DNA of 64,000 nucleotides. Origin: Minutocellus sp. GHC0000111. Its lineage: Eukaryota. Shown in pieces: positions 57,045 to 64,000 of the stretch (its first letter is position 1; each line of letters starts with the position of its first letter). Under the pieces are notes generated by a model. The model was not told the DNA's origin. It searched no databases and was given only the letters and a program-made list of their open reading frames with translations. The stretch is from the NCBI GenBank assembly GCA_977018835.1, contig OZ361257.1, forward strand, positions 2,914,001-2,978,000, given 5' to 3'. Position numbers and translations under genes: made by a program.

Positions 57045-58697
57045 GTGGTGTTGTATGACGCCACTGGCCACCGAGCCTTCCAGTACAACGCAAAGGAAAT
57101 GGGGGGGCTACGAGCTAATTCTAACGCTGATGCTACCGTTCAGGCCGTGGATTTATTCTTGAAGCCGGCGCCAGCGGTCAACCAGGAAGATGAGGCACAT
57201 CCCACGCTTTCTCCACAGCCAATCTTCGATCGTGTTCTCCCATCCCTCGGTGGGGACATATTGGAGCAGGCAAAGGAGGTGGTGGAGCAGCAGCAGGATG
57301 ATGACTTTGATCAGATCGTCATCGATGATGACAACCGAGTGGACAATGGGACTGATGTTGATGATGACCAGGTTGAACAAAATGACCATGACAATGACCG
57401 CGTTGATATTGTCGATGATGATGCCGTGGAAGTCGATGAATCGGCGCAGCCAGGACCGCTGGAAGCCGACAAAGATGGAGTAGACAACAATGGAATTGGT
57501 GATACTGAAAATGACGGTCCTGAAGATTCAAAAATGACCAAAACACCACCCAAGTACGGCACGATCCAAGGTGGAATTGACGGCCCGCCATATCTGCCGA
57601 AGGACATCGAGGAGCTCGGAGGAGACGATGTGGTCCTTGCCCCCAAACAAATGAGAGATCCTGTTGTTGTACCTGCCGTTCGAACTAAGGAGGAAGACGT
57701 GGAGAAGAAAGATACTACACCATCAGACGAGAATGAGGCTTTGTCTTCGGCACCCGTTATTATGCCGCCGCCTCCAAAAGCTGATCCGGAAGAAGGCAAA
57801 GATTTCTCAGTGACAACGATGGAACCGATCAAGGAAGCAACGCCTCTTTCCAACAAAGCAAAAGATGCGATCGAGAAAGTTGTTGGTACAGAAGAATCGC
57901 ATCCAGGAATCATTCATGTGCCGCAAATGTCAGAGGGAAAAGACGAAGTGCAAAAGGAAGATATTGGACAGGAAGATAAGATTGAGTTTGAGTTTGATGG
58001 TAACTCGGAAGGGAACAAAGATGAAGCCAAGGTTGAAGAAACTACTATGAATGATGATGCTGATGACAATGTCAGAGAAGAATCAGCTGATGTTGTAGTC
58101 GAGATCGTTGCCTCCGAGATAGAAGCCGAGGAAAGCGGTGATGGCGACGACGACACGGCCGATGATGATCGTACCGAAAGAGATGATGATAATGTTGATG
58201 ATGACGATGCAGTAGATGACGCCGATGATGACGATCGAGTTCCGATTCCTGAAGACAAGCCAGTTGTTGAGAGTGTTTCGTTGAAAAAGCGCAAGCCAAA
58301 TGACGAAACGAAAGAGCCATACCTGCCGGATGACTCTGATACTGCGCTGTGTGGGGAAAAGTCATCCATTTCAGCGTTACGCTGCAAAACGTCTGCTCTG
58401 ATCAGATATCATACTGTCGGTCTAATGTTTGGGGCATCGCTGATCCTGGCTTTCTTTTGTTATCGCAGAAAGAGACGTTTGGGCGGACGCAGATCAAGGA
58501 GACTCGACAAATCACACGAATATGCTCGTATTATTCAGGAATACGACGCCCTACTGGAGGGGAACTTTGACGATGACATTTCATATAATGATGACAACGA
58601 GACAATGTCAACTTGGAGTGGCAGAGGAGTTGGCGGATTGGAGATGCAGAATTATCATTCAGACGATAGATTGGGCGTGCATGAGCTGAATGGGTAG
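57045..58697 (+). CDS. Acidic single-pass membrane protein with Tyr-based/acidic tail motifs; 5' end unresolved
   Basis: Long D/E-rich region; TM VGLMFGASLILAFFCY followed by RRKRR; YARI and YDAL motifs. The ORF starts at GTG, and upstream ATG 56999 hits TGA. Confidence 0.7.
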   Translation: MVLYDATGHRAFQYNAKEMGGLRANSNADATVQAVDLFLKPAPAVNQEDEAHPTLSPQPIFDRVLPSLGGDILEQAKEVVEQQQDDDFDQIVIDDDNRVDNGTDVDDDQVEQNDHDNDRVDIVDDDAVEVDESAQPGPLEADKDGVDNNGIGDTENDGPEDSKMTKTPPKYGTIQGGIDGPPYLPKDIEELGGDDVVLAPKQMRDPVVVPAVRTKEEDVEKKDTTPSDENEALSSAPVIMPPPPKADPEEGKDFSVTTMEPIKEATPLSNKAKDAIEKVVGTEESHPGIIHVPQMSEGKDEVQKEDIGQEDKIEFEFDGNSEGNKDEAKVEETTMNDDADDNVREESADVVVEIVASEIEAEESGDGDDDTADDDRTERDDDNVDDDDAVDDADDDDRVPIPEDKPVVESVSLKKRKPNDETKEPYLPDDSDTALCGEKSSISALRCKTSALIRYHTVGLMFGASLILAFFCYRRKRRLGGRRSRRLDKSHEYARIIQEYDALLEGNFDDDISYNDDNETMSTWSGRGVGGLEMQNYHSDDRLGVHELNG

Positions 58698-58910
58698 AAA
58701 CTACCACAGGTGCATCATAACAGTGCTTATTTTTAGAATTATTAGAGTTGTTTCTTCATAGCAGTTGTGATCATATTCTTTGTAGCTAGCTCTCTAGCTA
58801 GTCTAGCTAGTCAAGCAATATTCTAATGTGGACGGCTTTCTAAAGGTAAGTATCGTGCATCAAATGCAGTGGTCCTTGCATTTTGTCGACGAGAACTCGT
58901 ACATAACTAG

Positions 58911-60356
58911 CTAAATACTAAGCCGCTCGGCTGTGCAGATAGAAGCAGGTAGCGTGAATTCAACGCCGAGACTTTCTGCGGCTGTTGCAATGGCAACGAG
59001 CACATCTTGTCGTAGATCGTAATAGACATCTCCAGTCGGCCGTGTGTTGAAATGAGCATCTACCACAACCTCGAGCCATGACTCCAAAAAGTCGCGCCAG
59101 TGGCATCTGAAGGGTCTAGACCCATCATCAATGAGCGTTGGACATGATTTCCTGATCTCCTCTTTGATTGCTTGCATTAACTCTGGCATTTTCTTCACGT
59201 CCTTATATGAGAATCGAAGCGTTTGTTTGACCTGAGACTTTGGCGCTGCTCGAGAGAGGTTGGTCGCGCGCTGTCCCGAGAGCTGGCTGTTGGGCACCCT
59301 CGTAATCACCTCAGAGTACGAACGAATGTCGGTGTAAAGGAGGCCCATCGATTCAATGAAGCCCGCTGTTCCATCGCCCAAAATGATTTCATCGCCCGGA
59401 AGGAATCGATCCGATGCACCCACCGCTAAACCACTTACAAGCTCTGTTGCGATATCCTTCGAGGCCAGCGACATTACAAGTGTGCCCACACCCCCAATAC
59501 TGAGGAGACTGGCGAGCGCCACGCCAATGTTGACATCGAATAGGTCTAAAATGTGCCCAAAGGTAAAGGTAGCAAGAGCAACGTTGAGAATGGAATTATA
59601 CACTTGGACCTTTCCTGACTGATTCTTCTCCCTATTGAAGAATTTGCGGAGCATCCAATGCTTGAGCTCGCCAACCCGAAGTGCCGCCCAAACAGAAAAT
59701 GATATGTGGAAAGCCTTTTTCGAAAATCCTTGCTGCTGTCGGTAACGAAAGCCAATAGTATTGAGAATGACCGCGATTGCATCGCATGAATATACAAAGG
59801 CACCAATTTTGGCTGCCTGCGAGATGTGTCGGGCACTTTGATACCAATAGTTGCTCTCATTGAACTCTCTTACTTTCACAAGGGCCGATGACGAAAAAGA
59901 AGGATCATTTCTCTCGGTCTCTTCCTCCGATGCCCCATTATCATCCTTGTGATCGCCGATTTCAGCAGGTGACATTGATGCAATTCTGCGCTGTTCCGTA
60001 ACATCGTGAAGGAATTTGTTGAATGGAAACCAGTCCCAGCCCACGAGGGCGATGAGACAGAACTCAACGTCGTTCAATGCATCTCCAAGGGCAACAATAA
60101 TTGCTTTCAACTTTTTCCCCGTGATGGCGAACCGACTCAAAAACGGTAGGAGCTGCCCCGCCAGAGTGAGCTGCTCGCCCCTCTCTGCGATAGCTTCGGC
60201 CGTCGTTGGAACTGGATCACTGTCGTAGTCTGCATCTGCATCTGGCTCTACCTTTGCCAAGGGCTGCGGTCGGCGGCCAAAAGCTTCAACGCCAGACGGC
60301 AACAGCACAGCGTGCAATAGTAGAAGTAGCCAGAGGAAGCGAAATCGAGCCTCCAT
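58911..60356 (-). CDS. MscS-family mechanosensitive channel with plastid-type presequence
   Basis: VEA-F presequence; GGVGTLVMSLASKDIATELVSG, FLPGDEI, GFIESMGLLYTDIR, VPNSQL, NLSR. Confidence 0.92.
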   Translation of the reverse strand: MEARFRFLWLLLLLHAVLLPSGVEAFGRRPQPLAKVEPDADADYDSDPVPTTAEAIAERGEQLTLAGQLLPFLSRFAITGKKLKAIIVALGDALNDVEFCLIALVGWDWFPFNKFLHDVTEQRRIASMSPAEIGDHKDDNGASEEETERNDPSFSSSALVKVREFNESNYWYQSARHISQAAKIGAFVYSCDAIAVILNTIGFRYRQQQGFSKKAFHISFSVWAALRVGELKHWMLRKFFNREKNQSGKVQVYNSILNVALATFTFGHILDLFDVNIGVALASLLSIGGVGTLVMSLASKDIATELVSGLAVGASDRFLPGDEIILGDGTAGFIESMGLLYTDIRSYSEVITRVPNSQLSGQRATNLSRAAPKSQVKQTLRFSYKDVKKMPELMQAIKEEIRKSCPTLIDDGSRPFRCHWRDFLESWLEVVVDAHFNTRPTGDVYYDLRQDVLVAIATAAESLGVEFTLPASICTAERLSI

Positions 60357-60724
60357 CGTGACCAGCACTTACTTGGGGGTAGAAGGCCGAAACTACGTAG
60401 AGCTTCGTAGAGCAAGAAGAGCTACCTAGGTACGCCGTCGCGTCCGTCATTCGGGTCAACATTTCATGTCAATCATGCGGGTCAGTTCAAGGTTCAATAT
60501 GCAATACCTAGGCCTACGTACCTAGGCCTAGGTACCTAGGCCTAGGTAGTAGGTACAATCGCTAATATTCAATAAATGTTAGTTCGCTTTTTAGCTTTCG
60601 GATTTTTCACTGTGTTGAAGTCTCACAGCGCATGATGCTCTCATGCTTGCTTGCAACGACCACGCAACGACGCATATCGACCGGCCGCCCCGTAGCCGCT
60701 CTCCAGCAACTCCCAACCACAATC

Positions 60725-61768
60725 ATGTCGGACGCTAACTCCACAGCGACTCCAGTCGCATCCAATTCAAGCGCCAAGGGTGTCACATTCGCTCCGAGTC
60801 CTCCGCGGTCTTCAAACGGCGTCGGTGGCGGCAGCGGCAAGAACCTAATGGACTCATCCAGCGATGCCATCATGTCAAAAGACGAACTGCTCATGGCTCT
60901 CAAGGAGGTACGGTCGGAATTAGCTCAGGCGCGAATGGATTTATCTGGGGAGAAAGCCATCCGCAAGAGGAAGGAGAAGAACCTCGTAAAGCTTGCGAAG
61001 CAATTAAATACGCGATCCACAACGATGGACGAACAGTCTCAGCAGCTAGCGGCCCTTGAGATCCGATATGAGGCTACAAAGAAGGAGTTGGATGAACTGA
61101 CTGTTCGCCGCGAAAAGGCAACGCGGGACCATCACGCGGAGATTACCGATCAGCAGACTAAGCAGAGAGCTTTGTCGCGGCAGCACGACGCTCGGGTCGA
61201 CGAGATGACGGCCGAGTACGGGCGACAAACCGAAGAACTTCGGCGTCAGGTGATGGAGTCGAAGCTGGAACAGGACAAGCTGAGAATGAAGATTGCACAG
61301 CTCCAGATGGCTGCAGAGCCTCAAAATGCCGACAGGGTGGTAGATCAAACTCTCCGAGAGTCCATGGCAACATCTACTTCGTCCAGGTCAACGCCTTCGA
61401 GTGGTGGGATCATGGTTCTTGCCGCTGGCTTGCTTTTGGTTCCATTACTCGCATATTTTGCATCGTCTGGTGACAGTATTTGTGCTCCGTGTTCGCCTGG
61501 CACAAGGTTGGACGGCTCATCGTATGCTGGTGAGGCTCCGTGGTGGGCACCGGCGCCGTTGAAGACACCAGCTTTTTCTATGCTTTGTGCAGACCGAACG
61601 AGGTCAAGGATCGAATGGACTGGTGGTAGTGGTATGAGTAAGCTCCTCGTCGTCGATGCAGACGCCGAGGTTCCTGCTTCGAAACAAGCGGTTCTAGTTG
61701 AGAAGAAGGCGATGAGAGCGGTTCTAACCGGTGAAGAAATTCGTGCCACTATCAGTGCGAGCGGTTAA
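60725..61768 (+). CDS. Coiled-coil protein with one TM and a small C-terminal domain
   Basis: Heptad-rich region; TM GGIMVLAAGLLLVPLLAYF; CAP..PG and APWWAP motifs. The frame continues after the TAA as AENILAPWRKE*, so the stop may be premature. Confidence 0.7.
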   Translation: MSDANSTATPVASNSSAKGVTFAPSPPRSSNGVGGGSGKNLMDSSSDAIMSKDELLMALKEVRSELAQARMDLSGEKAIRKRKEKNLVKLAKQLNTRSTTMDEQSQQLAALEIRYEATKKELDELTVRREKATRDHHAEITDQQTKQRALSRQHDARVDEMTAEYGRQTEELRRQVMESKLEQDKLRMKIAQLQMAAEPQNADRVVDQTLRESMATSTSSRSTPSSGGIMVLAAGLLLVPLLAYFASSGDSICAPCSPGTRLDGSSYAGEAPWWAPAPLKTPAFSMLCADRTRSRIEWTGGSGMSKLLVVDADAEVPASKQAVLVEKKAMRAVLTGEEIRATISASG

Positions 61769-62052
61769 GCTGAAAATATTTTAGCTCCTTGGCGCAAGGA
61801 GTGAAGATGCGAGGCGAACTATGAATGAAGAGAATACACAACGAATAGACCGTAGACGACATACATGTATTGATAGTAAGAGCTAATAAACAACAATAAC
61901 AAAGCAGCTCAGCTGGCCAGATACTTCTTCGGTCAATATGTATACTTTTTATGTTAGCTGCCGTATGTAGCAAAAAGGCTCTCGCTCACGGGATGCAAAG
62001 GTCCCGCCAACGGTTGAAATCTCCATTTCAGTCTGAAACACAGTATCAAGGT

Positions 62053-63829
62053 TTATCCCCTGTATCGGAGGAGAAGGCCATTACTGCCGAGGGCCCAGCC
62101 CATGTTGCCAAACTCCTTGAAAAACTTGACATTGTAAAGGTTGCCCGGAATTTGGTTCGCGGACTTGTCGAAGTTGAAAGTCTTACCACCGTCCTTGCTC
62201 ACGTACATGGTGTTGGAACCACCCACGCACCAAACCTCATCGGCATTTCGGTATGCTACATCTGTTACACCATATCCGCCGGTCTTGATACTGGCTTCTT
62301 GGAAATCAAAGGAGTCCTTGGTAAGATCAGGCTCCTTGGGGCTGATGAATACCTTGCCACCGTTCAAAGTCATCCAAAGGCCCTTGTGAATGTCACCCTC
62401 AACAAAACCCATATTCTGAATACGACGAGGAGTGCCACGGTTGTGCGGGATCCAAAAGTCTTGTCCAGGCTCCCAGGTGAGGAAGAAGTTACCGCGGGAC
62501 GAAACAGCGAGGTAGGCACCATCGTCGTCACGGACCTGGTTGATGATGGAACCGGTGAAGTACGAAGCTCCGCTAACTCCACTGCTACTGATACGGTTAA
62601 GGGTGGCATCAATGGTCTCCTTCACCTGCGCCTTCCAGTTCCTTCCGGCATTTTCGGTAACGTAGATGGCACCCGACAAGGTGGTCATCTCCGCCTTGGA
62701 CGGGCCGAGGGCATAAATGGACGAGGGCTCACCGGGGAGCTTGGGAGAGAGGGGAATGCGCTCCCACGACTTGCCAGCATCCTTGGTGTGGAGGAGCAGA
62801 GTCGGCTTACCAAGGACCCAGCCCTCACCATCCTTGAAAGAGGCGACCTAGAAACGGTACGTCACCTCCTCATCGGGGTCAAGATTCGAGAACGAGCGAG
62901 CCTCCCACGTCTTACCACCATCGTTGGTCTCAGCAAAGGCACCGCGGGCACCGACAAGATAACCGTGGTCGGCGCTACCAATCAAGATGAGGAGGTGGAG
63001 TTTAAAATGAAACAATGAGTGAACTATGGAAAATAGAATGGGCCTCTCGGTGTAGAAATATGTACCTAGGTACATCAAACAAAACGCAATTCAAACGATT
63101 GTAGTATCCGACACATCACGGGCGCTTTCCCTTGGAGTCCCTCTTCTCTTTTTGCTCAGTAGGAAGGCAACAGTTGTTTTCTCTCTACAAGATCACTTCA
63201 GTTGATATATATAAATACTGATTCTTCACGGCAAAAAAAGAGGTTCCCTGAGCTTGCTGTTGCGACGCGCATGCCATCGTTTCCACAACTCCGCACCAAT
63301 CCAAACTTGTACGCCTTACCTGTCGAAATCAATGTCGTAGATGGTATCCTCGAAGGGGACCTTGACCTGCTCCCACATCATGGAGGCGGCAGCCTCGGCG
63401 GGGGCGGGCACACCGCCGGTGGCAGCAGCAATGGACGCAGCGGCGGCGGCAGATGCGGTCTGATAATATGTAATTTGGAGGAGTTGACGATGCGGGGCAC
63501 ATTCAAGATGTGAGTTAAAATTTAAGTGGATAAATGTATGCTCAAATCAACCAAGATGACCGAAATTCGGATGTAACATCAGGGGCTTCAGCCATTCCTT
63601 TTGCAGTAGGCATGCAAGTTCTGAACACATCACCCAAAATGGTCACTGATGGCCAACAACAGTCCGCAAGACGCACCTGACCAACAAAAGATCGGCGATC
63701 AGATCCCTCACTGGCGGCCATGTTGAGGGCGGTCGAGGCCGACGTCCTCTGGATGGACTGAGGCACAAAGGCCATAGTCGAGGCGCCCGAAAGGGCGAGG
63801 AAGAGCGCGGAGGAGACGGAAAGCTTCAT
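62053..63829 (-). pseudogene. HCF136: Photosystem II assembly factor HCF136/Ycf48; introns 63460-63676 and 62975-63319; in-frame TAG
   Basis: TMA-FVP plus DRRSF Tat presequence; ETNDGGKTW, GWVLGKPTLLLHTKDAGKSWERIPLSPKLPG, VSSRGNFFLTWEPGQDFWIPHNR, RRIQNMGF. TAG at 62848-62850 reads TYRF*VASF. Confidence 0.93.
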
Positions 63830-64000
63830 CTCGGCGGTATGGTGGTGGTGATGTGCCGTACAAGGAGGCAAAAGGCGCGGTGGAATGATCGGTGTCAGCG
63901 GCCGGAGGCTCGGCGCTTGCTCATCGAGAGGGGATGACGTGTTGGGTATTTGGTATCCTATAGGTAAATAGGGGTAATGATTCTCTGAAAAATGGACGTC

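Noticed and set aside
2168..62850. TAG/TAA reassigned to Gln (alternative genetic code)
   Set aside because: TAG and TAA end genes at their expected C-termini (tgt, FKBP, PES1, HCF136). The Q-rich R3H gene uses only CAG/CAA. TGA stops and frameshifts occur as well.
62848..62868. Tiny GT-AG intron removing the HCF136 stop
   Set aside because: It would be 18 nt, far below other introns here (over 100 nt), and would delete the conserved YRF residues.

Overview
Gene-dense eukaryotic nuclear DNA, most likely from a diatom. Evidence: GT-AG introns, bipartite signal/ASAF-type plastid presequences, RXL/KxxK cell-wall motifs, and nuclear Tat and HCF136 genes. It holds about 30 protein genes (PES1, two TatA/B paralogues, R3H-SUZ, aftiphilin-like, CIA30, RluD, USP, CPI1, SAYSD1, chlamydial-type TGT, Trx-VHL-PUB, CPSF30-YTH-DCD, TrmN6-like, CCZ1-like, plastid NSF-like AAA, LRR-PAQR, CPSF73, SEC23-like, MFS, PDZ-FKBP, MscS, HCF136), plus tRNA-Leu(CAG) and tRNA-Glu(CTC). 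The strongest unexplained signal is collective decay: at least 9 otherwise well-conserved genes carry in-frame stops (each one C>T change from CAG/CAA/CGA), single-base frameshifts, a TA-duplicating MITE inside an exon, or an altered catalytic residue. This suggests a sheltered or redundant haplotype, although assembly error is not excluded. Two other signals stand out: nested TA-NNNN-TA palindromes that look like DNA-transposon excision footprints (one inside the RluD frame), and a 231-bp highly structured retro-insertion with an 18-bp target duplication and a (TAGAA)n tail. All family assignments come from motif recognition by eye; no searches were run.
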